Assembly: GCA_965226795.1 (NCBI GenBank)
Contig: CBDDDZ010000005.1
Coordinates: 1,600,001-1,664,000 of the forward strand
Direction of reading: 5' to 3'
Origin: Candidatus Latescibacterota bacterium
Lineage (GTDB): Bacteria; Latescibacterota; UBA2968; GCA-2709665
Length of the DNA stretch: 64,000 nucleotides
In this document: positions 10,039 to 20,294 of the stretch, piece by piece
Numbering within the stretch: position 1 is the first letter of the stretch
Layout: each line of letters opens with the position of its first letter
The notes under the pieces: model-generated
What the model was told of the DNA's origin: nothing
Database searches by the model: none
Seen by the model: only the letters and a program-made list of their open reading frames with translations
Position numbers and translations under genes: made by a program

Positions 10039-10096
10039 CGGAGATTCTCCTTTTCCTTGAATTAACCATCGAAACGCATGATTTCATCCATGAACT

Positions 10097-10125
10097 AACA
10101 TAACGAACTTTTCCGAGATTTGCAA
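10097..10125 (-). promoter_or_regulatory. Putative sigma70 promoter for glutaredoxin gene
   Basis: TTGCAA-17 nt-TATGTT on minus strand. Confidence 0.45.
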
Positions 10126-10378
10126 GGCCAATCGCCATTCGTACGGACCGAATGGAATCTTTCGGGAGTCCGGAGTGGGAGGAATGTGACAACGGTTTTT
10201 CAACCTGGCCCCTGGCGGCCACGAACACGGATGGCAATATCCGCACATGTCGGGAAACCAGAGTCTCTCTCGATATCGGTTGGGGATAAATCGCGCCCGT
10301 GCGGGCTGTCGACACACCGCGAACCTCCCGCGGGCACGTAGAGTCGGGGCAATTCGCCGTCGTTTGGTGGCTTGCGGA

Positions 10379-10681
10379 TTATGCCGCCGCATTCACCGCA
10401 TTGGCAAAATCGAGGTCGGCGTGGGTGACGGCGTTTTCGCTGTGAGTCGTCACCGTAACCGTGAGGGTCTTGCTCCTGCTGTCCAGATTGATGTCCGAGT
10501 GATGGTTGTTGCTGTCCATTACCTGTGTCAGCGTGCGCACAAAGGCCATCGTCGGTACGAATTTCTCGAACTTCCATACCCTGTGAAGCGCCTTGTTTTC
10601 CCGGTCGTATTCCCATCCCTCCAAATCCTTCAGCGCTTCCCGGATTTCCTCCTCCGTAACCAGTGTCTTATCCTCGTGCAT
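10379..10681 (-). CDS. Pterin-4-alpha-carbinolamine dehydratase
   Basis: LEGWEY, NHHSDI, TTHSENAVTHADLDFA; GGGAGG RBS. Confidence 0.88.
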   Translation of the reverse strand: MHEDKTLVTEEEIREALKDLEGWEYDRENKALHRVWKFEKFVPTMAFVRTLTQVMDSNNHHSDINLDSRSKTLTVTVTTHSENAVTHADLDFANAVNAAA

Positions 10682-10831
10682 AGCCGCCTCCCTTAAAAAT
10701 TACATTTTTGAATGTGTCGAGTTGAAACCACGCTCACAGCGCCGGTTGACGTGGCTGCGCGTCGAACGAGCATCGCGCTGCCCGGGTACAGCCACGTTTC
10801 AACATCAATATACCAAGAATTCGCGGGCTGA

Positions 10832-11443
10832 TCAATCCCCGTGGTGGACACCGGCATCCGCCAGTGCGCTATCGTATTCCTCGGAGGTGTTGATATTTCG
10901 AAGAGATTCCAATTCAGGATCCACTTCCCGTAAAACCGACCCGGGCACGTGTCGGCAGCAACATCGTTCCGTTAACGTAGTGAGTTTGAGGACGCCGGTA
11001 TCCAGCATTTCCAGAATCACAGGGAGTACGGACACGCGATAAACGGCCGCAAGCGGATGCAGGCGGCCTTCTTCTTGCGGCATGACGATATCGGCTTCAC
11101 CCGCCAGATGCGCAAGGCGGCGCACAAAGCCAGGGCGCAGGAAAGGCGCATCGCATCCACAGACGAACGCGGCATCGGCTTGCCGGGAAATGGCTTCAAG
11201 ACCCGCCGCCAGCCCCTGCAACGGGCCCCTGTCCGGAACCCGATCCTGTATAATCTCCACGTTGTCGGGAAGGCGTGGCAGGCGCTGCCGGGGCGCGGAA
11301 ACCACCAGCATGGGATTCAGCGTACCGCTGAGCAGACGAACCACACGCTGCAGAAGGAATTCTTCCCCGAAACGCAACCAGGCCTTGGACGATCCCATCC
11401 GTCGGCTGCGTCCGCCGCTCAGCACGATACCGCCGATTCTCAT
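10832..11443 (-). CDS. mobA: Molybdenum cofactor guanylyltransferase
   Basis: VLSGGRSRRMGSSKA, GPLQGL, CDAPFL, HPLAAVY, NINTSEE. Confidence 0.88.
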   Translation of the reverse strand: MRIGGIVLSGGRSRRMGSSKAWLRFGEEFLLQRVVRLLSGTLNPMLVVSAPRQRLPRLPDNVEIIQDRVPDRGPLQGLAAGLEAISRQADAAFVCGCDAPFLRPGFVRRLAHLAGEADIVMPQEEGRLHPLAAVYRVSVLPVILEMLDTGVLKLTTLTERCCCRHVPGSVLREVDPELESLRNINTSEEYDSALADAGVHHGD

Positions 11444-11444
11444 T

Positions 11445-11876
11445 TCAGATATCCAGGACAACCAACGCCCGCCACTGCCCGTCGATGCGTTCCACTAGGA
11501 ACCGGTGGAGCGTGACGGCCTTCACGTCCACAACAAGCTCGTGGCGTTCCATGTCCAATTCCTCGCCAACCAGGTCCGCCGACACCTTGAAGGTGCCTTC
11601 ACGTTCTCCGACGAACACGTTCAACGGCCGCAGCAGAAGCCGCTGGGCGTCCTTGTAATAGATCACCTCCTGTAAAAAGCCGAACAGCAACAGGTCAAGC
11701 TCTTCCGCCTCAAGTTTCACGTATCGCCGGTCTCTGATCGTTAGCGTATTCAGGTCGGCTACCATCACGTTGAGCGTGGCCTCGGCGGCTGCGGTAAAAA
11801 GAGCCCCAAGGTCTTTACCCCAGGCTTCAAAAGCCACATCCGCAATGGCGATATCTTCTAAATACCGATAGGACAA
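11445..11876 (-). CDS. Archease
   Basis: TTG start; YRYLEDIAIADVAFEAWG, DVKAVTLH, C-terminal VVLDI. Confidence 0.92.
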   Translation of the reverse strand: MSYRYLEDIAIADVAFEAWGKDLGALFTAAAEATLNVMVADLNTLTIRDRRYVKLEAEELDLLLFGFLQEVIYYKDAQRLLLRPLNVFVGEREGTFKVSADLVGEELDMERHELVVDVKAVTLHRFLVERIDGQWRALVVLDI

Positions 11877-11905
11877 TGTTGCATCCCTTTCAGGTACAAC
11901 CAGTT

Positions 11906-12796
11906 CTACACCTGACACGCTTCGAGTTCCGTTAGAACGCGCACCCGCGCTTCCGCCGCGCCCCGGCCAATAAAGACGAGCTCTGTACGATCCGCTCCGA
12001 AGGGTTCCAGCGCCCACCTGCCGCCCGCGAAATTGAATAGAAACGCCCCTTTGGCACACCGCAAGAACCCCTTCGCGCGGTAGACAGCGTCTGGCAGGTT
12101 CGCCACGAGGCGTTCGAATTTTTCACGATCGAATAGCCTGTCGGAAACGAAGTCAAAGCTGTCGATTTCCTCCCGGACACTGTGCTCCCTTACCGCGCGC
12201 ACGGACCGCTGCGCTCTGCCTCCAAAGCCGAAGATAAGCCCCGTGTCGACCCGGCATTTCAAGGTTCGCACGACCGTAGCTTCGGGATTCACCCGACTCA
12301 GTTGCGCTTCCACCGCCTCCAGTTGGCACGGTGTGACCAGATCCACTTTGTTCAGCAGCAGAATGTCCGCCGCTTCAAACTGAGTGGTCGTCACGTATCC
12401 CAGATCCGGAAACCGGACCATCAGATCCGCGTCGGCGACGACAACCACGCTGTCCAGTCGAACGCCCGGCAGATTGTCCTCCACGTCGAAGATAACCGCA
12501 TCCGGCTCCGCAACGCCGGTGGTCTCGACCACAATCAGTTCCGGACGCACGGTTTTCACGATCTCCTTAACTGCTTCCTCGAACTCCCCCGCCAGCGAAC
12601 AACAGACACAACCTCCGGCCAGTTCTGTCATTCGAATATGTTTACCCTCCACAACCTTGCTGTCGATGGCGATCTCTCCAAATTCGTTCATCAGAATCGC
12701 GATCCGCCGGTCTGCGCGCGCCACCAGGTGGCGAAGCAACGTGGTTTTGCCACTGCCCAACGAACCTGCTATTAGAATCGTCGAGATCTTTATCAA
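11906..12796 (-). CDS. COG0523/CobW-family G3E GTPase (putative metallochaperone)
   Basis: GSLGSGKTT, NEFGE, GGCVCC (CxCC), ETTGVAEP, NKVD, YRAKG and LVFIG. Confidence 0.92.
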   Translation of the reverse strand: MIKISTILIAGSLGSGKTTLLRHLVARADRRIAILMNEFGEIAIDSKVVEGKHIRMTELAGGCVCCSLAGEFEEAVKEIVKTVRPELIVVETTGVAEPDAVIFDVEDNLPGVRLDSVVVVADADLMVRFPDLGYVTTTQFEAADILLLNKVDLVTPCQLEAVEAQLSRVNPEATVVRTLKCRVDTGLIFGFGGRAQRSVRAVREHSVREEIDSFDFVSDRLFDREKFERLVANLPDAVYRAKGFLRCAKGAFLFNFAGGRWALEPFGADRTELVFIGRGAAEARVRVLTELEACQV

Positions 12797-12890
12797 CCCA
12801 TGTCCCCCAACGGGCCGTCCCTCGTCGGGGCCGGTTCAGGCGCCGGCATGACCTTCAGAATAAGACGAATGAGCGCGGTTTCCATCGGAG

Positions 12891-14351
12891 TTACCCCTTC
12901 ACGTTTCCAATGGGCGAAAACCGGGCCACCCGTCGGCTTAGACCCGCCCGCTGTGTCGCTTCTATCACTTCGTCGATATCCTTGTACGCGCCTCCGGCCT
13001 CTTCGGCGAGGCCCGCATAGGACACGGATTTCACGTAGATTCCGCGGTCCTCCAGTTCCTTTTGAAGCCGCTTGCCGTGAAACCGTTTGCGAGCCTTCGT
13101 ACGGCTCATCGTCCGTCCGCTGCCATGAGCCGTGGAGAAAAACGCCTGGCTTCCGGCTGGTGATCCCGCCAGCAGATAAGACCCGGTCTCCATGCTCCCG
13201 CCGATAATTACCGGCTGGCCGTAGGGCTTGTATCGGTCGGGGACGCCGTCCATACCGGGTCCGAATGCCCGGGTTGCCCCCTTGCGGTGAACGAGTACCG
13301 TCCTTTCCCTGCCATCCACCACATGGCGTTCCAGCTTGGCGGTGTTGTGCGCCACGTCGTAGACCTGGCGCATCTCCATATCCTCCGGACTGCGTCCCAG
13401 TACGTCTGAGAACACCTCCCGAATGCGGTGAAGAATGACCTGTCGATTTGCGAACGACATGTTGATCGCACACTTCATCGCTGCGAAATAGTCCTGGCCC
13501 TCCAGGGAGTGAAAGGGCGCGCATGCAAGTTCGCGATCCCGAATTGAAATCCCGTACTTTTTCTGCATCACCTTCAGAAACACCTGCAGATAGTCGGTAG
13601 CCACCTGGTGCCCAAAACCTCGACTTCCACAGTGGAACATCACGACAACCTGATCGGGAATGGTAATGCCGAACGCCCCTGCTGCCGCCTTGTCGAACAC
13701 ATGGTCGGGCTTTGCCACCTGAATTTCAAGATAGTGGTTTCCCGATCCCAGCGTTCCGATCTGGTTGAAGCCCCGCTCCACCGCCTTGCGACTGATTTTC
13801 GTCGCATCCGCACCTGAAACACAACCACTTTCTTCGGTCAGCTCCAGATCCTCCTGCCAGCCGTAATGGTTGTCCACGCACCAGCGCGCCCCCTCCTGTA
13901 CGACTGTTCTGAACTCGTCGTGGGAGATCTTCAGAAAACCCGTGCTGCCCACGCCCGCGGGCACACGTTCAAACAGACGATCCACGAGCTTTTTCACATG
14001 GGGCCTGACCTCGTCGTGCGTCAGATTGGTGGTAACCAGGCGCATCCCGCAGTTGACATCGAACCCGATGCCTCCTGGCGAGATCACGCCCTGTTCGGCG
14101 TCCATTGCGGCCACCCCGCCGATGGGAAACCCGTATCCCCAGTGTCCGTCGGGCATACAGAAGGCGTAGTTCAGGATGCCGGGCAGCGTGGCCACATTGG
14201 TCACCTGCTCGATCACGCCCCGGTCCATTTCCGACATCAGTTTTTGTGTCGCGTAGATACGCGCCGGGACGAGCATCCCTTTTTTGTACGAAGTCGGGAT
14301 CTCCCAGACGGTCGGCGATACCCGGGTTGCCTCGGGCGGCGTGACGGGCAT
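12891..14351 (-). CDS. rtcB: RNA ligase RtcB (archaeal/eukaryote-like type)
   Basis: MPDGHWGYGFPIGG, GFDVNCGMR, GTLGSGNHYLE, HCGSRG, VAHN, HRKGAT, STAHGSGR, EEAGGAYK, C-terminal NVKG. Confidence 0.96.
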   Translation of the reverse strand: MPVTPPEATRVSPTVWEIPTSYKKGMLVPARIYATQKLMSEMDRGVIEQVTNVATLPGILNYAFCMPDGHWGYGFPIGGVAAMDAEQGVISPGGIGFDVNCGMRLVTTNLTHDEVRPHVKKLVDRLFERVPAGVGSTGFLKISHDEFRTVVQEGARWCVDNHYGWQEDLELTEESGCVSGADATKISRKAVERGFNQIGTLGSGNHYLEIQVAKPDHVFDKAAAGAFGITIPDQVVVMFHCGSRGFGHQVATDYLQVFLKVMQKKYGISIRDRELACAPFHSLEGQDYFAAMKCAINMSFANRQVILHRIREVFSDVLGRSPEDMEMRQVYDVAHNTAKLERHVVDGRERTVLVHRKGATRAFGPGMDGVPDRYKPYGQPVIIGGSMETGSYLLAGSPAGSQAFFSTAHGSGRTMSRTKARKRFHGKRLQKELEDRGIYVKSVSYAGLAEEAGGAYKDIDEVIEATQRAGLSRRVARFSPIGNVKG

Positions 14352-14360
14352 GTCGTGCTC

Positions 14361-15311
14361 CTATGAATCGTGTTCACAACTTGCATAGTGTTTCTGCAAC
14401 GGATCCAGGCCGAAATCGTTCTCCAGGTCGCGCAGTACGGAGTGGATGTGGTTCGCGTCATTCTGGGTATTGTCGTATTCCACCAGATGGGTAGGGCCGT
14501 GGATCCGGTAATAGTGCTTCTCCCCCGGCCGGGTCCCGCCAGCCCACGCGAAGTGGAGCCGGTCCATACCGGCCCTTCGAATACGTTCGAGATGGGCTTC
14601 GGCAAGGTCCGCCCGGAGGTTCGTTGCATATAGCTCCAAGAGTCGCAACAGCGCCTCCTTCTGCGACGGCGGCATTTCAGATGCGGGCAGACCCGCGGGA
14701 TCGCCGATCCGCACCCCCTTGCTGTTTCGGGTGAGGATATCGCTCGGCGCTTCCGCCGCGATCCGGACCACGGCCTGCAGATCCTCAGGCAGTGCTTTCA
14801 GAAGCCCTCGCGCCATGTCCTCTTCGTTGCGCAGGACGCGCCAGCCCTGCCGGTCGCCTGAAGGCACCCGCGCCGGGTTCGCGCCCCAGAAGGCCGGCGT
14901 GGACGCCATTGTGTTTTCGCCGCCCGCCGAAAACGTTATTGACAAGTGGTGGCCGTCGATTCGCCATCCCCACATCCCCTGCTCCGAAGAAAGTTCTCCG
15001 AAAAGCGTCAGGAAATAACCGTCGGAGTCCCTGTAGGTGTCCGACGGATCCAGCCCTTCAACCTCAGCAAGAATGCCCTCCAGAACCATGATATCCACCG
15101 CTTTTTGATATCCGGCGTCGCTGAGCGCGCATTTCAACAGACGATGAGCCGCGTCCCGCTGTTTCTGCGTCATCACCCTGAATGGCACGCCGTTTCGCTT
15201 TACGGGTACGTAGTTCCAGTTAAAACGTTCCTCGTGTTCGAACGCGTACAGAACCCGGTTCTGCTGGTCCGAACTCAGTTCGTTCATGAAATCCTGAGCT
15301 GCACGAAGCAT
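14361..15311 (-). CDS. DUF3500-domain protein
   Basis: WGWRIDGHHLS, TPAFWGANP, YYRIHGP, EYDNTQNDANHIHSV..D..NDFG. Confidence 0.88.
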   Translation of the reverse strand: MLRAAQDFMNELSSDQQNRVLYAFEHEERFNWNYVPVKRNGVPFRVMTQKQRDAAHRLLKCALSDAGYQKAVDIMVLEGILAEVEGLDPSDTYRDSDGYFLTLFGELSSEQGMWGWRIDGHHLSITFSAGGENTMASTPAFWGANPARVPSGDRQGWRVLRNEEDMARGLLKALPEDLQAVVRIAAEAPSDILTRNSKGVRIGDPAGLPASEMPPSQKEALLRLLELYATNLRADLAEAHLERIRRAGMDRLHFAWAGGTRPGEKHYYRIHGPTHLVEYDNTQNDANHIHSVLRDLENDFGLDPLQKHYASCEHDS

Positions 15312-15368
15312 GGTATTCCTCCCCGTCAGGGTGCAAGTGGATATGTTTACTCTTTATAATTGGACTTT

Positions 15369-17428
15369 TTAATTGGGCGAATCGCGAATGGCCGCGCGGA
15401 ATTCTGCGACCGTCCGCTGATTGTTCGTCCGTTCGCCCGCTTTGAGCGCCACCAGGATCGGAGCCGGATCCGACTCCGAAGCAGCAGACGAATCCGCGGC
15501 CACACCCGTCGTCACATCCACCGACACCTCGTAAACGTCGTCCGGCTTCCAGAAATCTCGCGAGGCGCGGCCTGCTTTCGCGCCGGACATGCGTCGCGCC
15601 CGCCCGTGATCCGGGGTTGTCTGCCGGTCTTCCGGTCGAAACCTACCCAGACACTCGTCGCGAGATCCGGAGTGAAGCCGGAAAACCAGGCGTCCGTATG
15701 GTCGTTTGTCGTGCCTGTCTTTCCCGCCGCGGGCAGGACGAATCCCAGGGATCGAACGCCGCGGCCGGTACCACGCAGGATAACGTTCCGAAGCAATCGA
15801 ATCATCACATAGGCATCCGCGGCACTGATGACGGGAACGGGTTGCACCCGGTGCGCATACACAACCCGCCCCCCTGAATCTTCAATCCGCCGCACAAAAG
15901 TCGGCTCCACGCGGACCCCGTAGTTGGCGATGGTGGCATAGACCGAGGCCATTTCCAACGGTGAGACTTCGCTTGCACCAAGCGCGATGCTCGGAAATGC
16001 ATCAAGCGGACTCCGGACACCCAAACGTCGGGCCATTTCCACGACCCGTTCCGGGCCGATACGATCCATAACCTCCACACTTGCCGCATTTGCGGAATTC
16101 ACCAGGGCCCACGCCGCCGTCGTCACACCCAGATATCGGTCTCTGAAATTTTCGGGCGTCCACGGCTTCCCGTTTACGGTATAGGTCCGGGCCTCATCCA
16201 CAAACAATGACACGGGCGATATCTCGCCCGCCGCCAGCGCCGCCAAATACACGACCGGCTTGAAACCCGAACCCGGCTGGCGCCGCGCGGTTGTTGCGCG
16301 GTTGAAGTAACTGATGAAGATATCACGGCCGCCCACCAACGCGCGCACGTATCCCGTCGCCGGTTCCACACTGACCAGAGCCGCCTGGATGTATTCCTGC
16401 CTGTCCTTTCCGCCAGCACTCTCGTAATCACCAAATCCAAGCCGCGAATCTATATCTGCAAGTCCTTCAGCTACAGATTTTTCAGCAGTCTTCTGCATGT
16501 GAAAATCCAACGTCGTGTAGATATTCAACGCGCCAAAACTGAGGGCGGACCGCCCCCAACGCCGAACGACCTCGTCCTTGATGATCTCAACGAAGTACGG
16601 CGTCCGATTCCGGTCGCGGAGCTGCTGCGCCAGAACCGGCGATGCGGCGAGCGCAAGTTTCAGCGCGTCGCTTTCCAGGAAACCTGCCGAGTGCATGCGG
16701 CGCAGAACGTGTGCGGTACGCGCCGCGGCTTGCCGCCCGCCGTCACGGAACGGATTCAACGCGCTGGGCGAATTGGGCAGCCCGGCCAACATGGCCGCTT
16801 CCGTCAGATTCAGGTCCGAGGCTGCCTTTCCGAAAAACGTCTGCGACGCATCCTCCACGCCGTAGGCATTGGTACCGAAAAAACTACCGTTGACATAAAT
16901 CTCCAGCAATCTGTCCTTGGCCGTTTTGCCGTACAACATTGAGAACATAGCCTCCAGCTGCACGGCCAGCAGCACCTCCCTCGCCTTCCTAAGATAGGAC
17001 TTCTCACGGGTCAAAAACAGATTTTTGACGATCTGCTGGGTAATCGTGCTTCCCCCTCTGACTTTTCGGAAATGCGTCAGGTTTGCCAGGAACGCACCTG
17101 CGATGCCCTTTAGGCTTATGCCCCGGTGACGGTAGAACGATTCGTCTTCGGTTGCAATGACCGCCTTGATAAACCAGGGACTCACCTGGTCCAGCCGCAC
17201 CTGCTCGACCCGACGGTTGAACGTAAAGAGCAATTCCCCGGTATCCGCGAAGATATTCACGCCCGCCTGGCTGCGAAACGCGTCGGGGTCGGGCGGAATT
17301 CGGGGCAGGGTTGTCACGAGCCAGACGAAGCCAAGGCACGTGAGGAGGAACACGTCGGCCCCCAGAAGTATTCCTGTCCGGATCCAGTAATTTCCAATAG
17401 AAGTTCGGCGCATCAGGGATGTCCTCAT
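15369..17428 (-). CDS. Class A penicillin-binding protein (PBP1A family); C-terminus frameshifted near 15590
   Basis: EDESFYRHRG, GGSTITQQ, RKARE, QPGSGFKP (SxxK), SAN, KTGT. Main ORF 15512-17428; tail continues in ORF 15369-15590. Confidence 0.9.
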
Positions 17429-18255
17429 TTATCGCCGAACAGGGCCGCTATTCCCCCGGGCTCCACCTCGAATCTGACCGAGGCACGTTCCGGATCGACA
17501 TAAACCAACTCGCCGTGATAAATGCCGAGCCCGCTCTGGATCAGAATCTGGCTCACAAGTCCGGATTTGTATTCTTCCATTAAACGCTGCCGCTCCTCGG
17601 ACCGGAACTGTTCGACGAAATCACCTGCCAGCCGTTCACGCACGTCCGCTCGAATCGAATCCGCGATGGCCATGGAGTCTGCTTCGGCGCGCCATTCGGT
17701 CTCGCCCGCGTGTCGGTACAACGCATCGACCCGCCTCCGTATCCGGGCCCGATAACGCACGTCGGGCAGACCTGCCTTCCTCAGAAGAGAAAGGCCCAAA
17801 TTGAAAGCGCTAGCGCTTCCGATCAATTCTCGCGTTTCCCGGCTCGCGTTTACGGAGAGTTCCGTACGCCAGACTGCGACAAAGGAAGGCAGACCGGTCT
17901 CCGGCACGCGATCCATGTCGAAGCGAGCGTCCGCCACGGCCTTGGGCAGGCCGCCGGCCACCGGCGCTTCCACCGTCCCGAACGAATCCCTAGCCGCTGC
18001 CCGGGCGTCCAGCCGCTTCCATATAGCCCCCGTCCTGGCGCGCCTTTCGTTGTTTCTATCAAGCGCTTCCCCCACCCATCCGGCAATCCAGTTGTTCCGG
18101 TATTCCAGATAGACCGAGAGCATTGCTGACATGGACAGCAACAGCACCCACCCGACAGAATACGCGAGGTTCCTGAATCTCAACGGTGACCATCGTTCCT
18201 GGATCACCCTCCGGATACGACACGCGCCCCGATTGATACGGTACGGGAGATTCAT
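17425..18255 (-). CDS. Hypothetical membrane-anchored protein coupled to PBP1A
   Basis: One N-terminal TM (VGWVLLLSMSAMLSVYL); ATGA overlap with the PBP1A start. Confidence 0.65.
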   Translation of the reverse strand: MNLPYRINRGACRIRRVIQERWSPLRFRNLAYSVGWVLLLSMSAMLSVYLEYRNNWIAGWVGEALDRNNERRARTGAIWKRLDARAAARDSFGTVEAPVAGGLPKAVADARFDMDRVPETGLPSFVAVWRTELSVNASRETRELIGSASAFNLGLSLLRKAGLPDVRYRARIRRRVDALYRHAGETEWRAEADSMAIADSIRADVRERLAGDFVEQFRSEERQRLMEEYKSGLVSQILIQSGLGIYHGELVYVDPERASVRFEVEPGGIAALFGDK

Positions 18256-18336
18256 ACTGTTTGCTTGTCGTCAAAAAAATCCCGAAACAACACGCCTGCC
18301 GCTGTTACGGGATCGGGGGGGGAATGTCGGAAGAAA

Positions 18337-19359
18337 TCAGGCGGCAACACCCTCCATCTCCAGAACATATCTGCCGTAACGTGCGGCGCCGTTGCAGCTT
18401 GCCCTGTGATAAAAAACTCTCTGCGCCGCCACCACGTTGGCGGCCTGTCCTTTCCATGCGGCCCGGGCCGGATCCTGTAACGCCCTACCGTACGAATAGC
18501 TGAGTTCCCAGGGGAAGCCGCCAATCCGATTCATGGCGTTCAGGTGCTGTGTAGAAAGCTCCGGGCTCTGTCCTCCCGAAAGAAATACCACGCCCGGAAC
18601 CGAAGCGGGAACCGACCGTCGCAGGGATCGCACGGTCGCTTCCGCCACCTCCTGAACACCCGCCTGCACCGGGGTATCGGCGCCGGACAGGACCATACTG
18701 GCTTTCAGCAGGGTGCCTTCCAGGATCACCCCGTGCTCTCCCAATTCCGAAAACACGCTGCGCAACACCAACTCCGTCACCTCTTCGCACCGCTCGATGG
18801 TATGATCACCGTCCATCAGCACTTCCGGTTCCACAATGGGCACCAACCCCACCTCCTGGCACTGGGCGGCGTAACGGGCAAGGGCGTGGGCATTGGCATG
18901 GATGCAGGCCCGTGTCGGAATCCCATCGCCGATGGTAATGGCGGCCCGCCATTTGGCAAACCGGGCGCCTTTCTTGTGATACGCTTCCAACCGACCCTGG
19001 AGCCCGTCCAGACCCTCGGTTATCTGTTCGCCAGGAAAGCCGGCCAATTGCACGAGCCCGGTATCCGCCTTGATGCCGGGAATCATCCCCCGGTCAGCCA
19101 GCAGCCGGGGAAACGGGACGCCGCCGTTCGCGGCCGTGTTCAGTGTCTCCTCGTATAGAATGACGCCGCTGATAAAGGCCGCCAGATCCGGGGTCGTGAA
19201 CAACATATCGCGATACGCCCTTCGGGCTTCGGCCGTGGGTTCAACGCCGATGTCCGCAAATCGCTTCGTGATGGTTCCCATACTCTCGTCCGTCGCCAGG
19301 ATTCCTTTACCCGCGGGTACAAGCGCGCAAGCCGTGGCTTCGAGTTCCGCTGATAACAT
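18337..19359 (-). CDS. Fructose-bisphosphate aldolase class I
   Basis: GKGILATDES, GARFAKWRA, LVPIVEPEVLMDG, TLLKASMV, FLSGGQ, SYGRALQ. Confidence 0.95.
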   Translation of the reverse strand: MLSAELEATACALVPAGKGILATDESMGTITKRFADIGVEPTAEARRAYRDMLFTTPDLAAFISGVILYEETLNTAANGGVPFPRLLADRGMIPGIKADTGLVQLAGFPGEQITEGLDGLQGRLEAYHKKGARFAKWRAAITIGDGIPTRACIHANAHALARYAAQCQEVGLVPIVEPEVLMDGDHTIERCEEVTELVLRSVFSELGEHGVILEGTLLKASMVLSGADTPVQAGVQEVAEATVRSLRRSVPASVPGVVFLSGGQSPELSTQHLNAMNRIGGFPWELSYSYGRALQDPARAAWKGQAANVVAAQRVFYHRASCNGAARYGRYVLEMEGVAA

Positions 19360-19458
19360 CGATTACGACCTCGTTTCTTGGTGTTAAACGGTATACTGGT
19401 TTCACGCCATAGAATATACGCTATCTTCAGCCTTTGTCCAGCAGATTCCAGGCTATAT

Positions 19459-20283
19459 TCAAGGATCGCCGTTGGAATCGGCGGGCTGGATCCAGACACG
19501 TACTTCCGCCCGTGAAGGCTTTCGTGCGTCGAATTTCATCTCATTTATTCTTGCATAGAGCGCTTCTGCGTCTGCATCCGCCAGGCGGGCAACACCATCG
19601 ATGCCGGCCTTATGAAGGAGCGGCGCCGCCTGGCAGCCCATTCCTTTATGAATGGCGAGTTCGGCGTGTCGGAAGGCGCGTTCCAGCCGCAAGGTATAGA
19701 CACCGGCGGCGACGAGCGCCGGGGCTTCCAGAGATCTGGCGGCCCGGTAGAGTCGCTCCGGCGTGTAAATACCCGCGGCACGAAGCCCGTGTCGATCCTG
19801 TGCGTCCAATCCGGCCAATTCGGTCGTCAGAGGGCGCCTGGACTTCAGCGTCTTCTTATGGCCCATACGAAAAATCCGGATACTGAATAATATCGCCAGG
19901 GCGACCGCAATCCGGTAGCGATATCAGCGAGAAGGACGGTACGCGCTCCCGTCTTCCCGGCTCAGCCATCCCCGCTGGGTGTGCCACAACAGCCCGTAGC
20001 AGGCAAACCCGTTGACGACCAGAGCGGGACGGACCAGAAAAGGCAAAGCGACCGTCTCTCTGCGACGGCCGCGCAAAAACGAGTGCCCCTGACTGTGAAG
20101 GATCATCCCATCCAGAACCAGCAGATATCCATACCAGGCCGGTACGTACCAGACTGGATTCCAGATGGGGACGTCGGCTGCCACCAACCACACGCCGGCC
20201 TCGAAAACGCCGATGCCAACATATCCCCACCAGGAAAACGCCCGCCGGGATGCGGAATCGGATTCAGATCGGGTCAACGCCAC
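19459..20283 (-). pseudogene. Probable decayed membrane protein with C-terminal DUF4332-like domain
   Basis: N-terminal TM fragment (WYGYLLVLDG) breaks frame around WSVPLW; separate C-terminal ORF 19459-19866 (ELAIHKGMG..LLHKAGI..LA...PSRAEVRVWI). Confidence 0.6.
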
Positions 20284-20294
20284 GTGAGGAAGCC

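Noticed and set aside
10721..10803. GTTGAAAC/GTTTCAAC resembling CRISPR repeat ends
   Set aside because: Two inverted copies only; no array.
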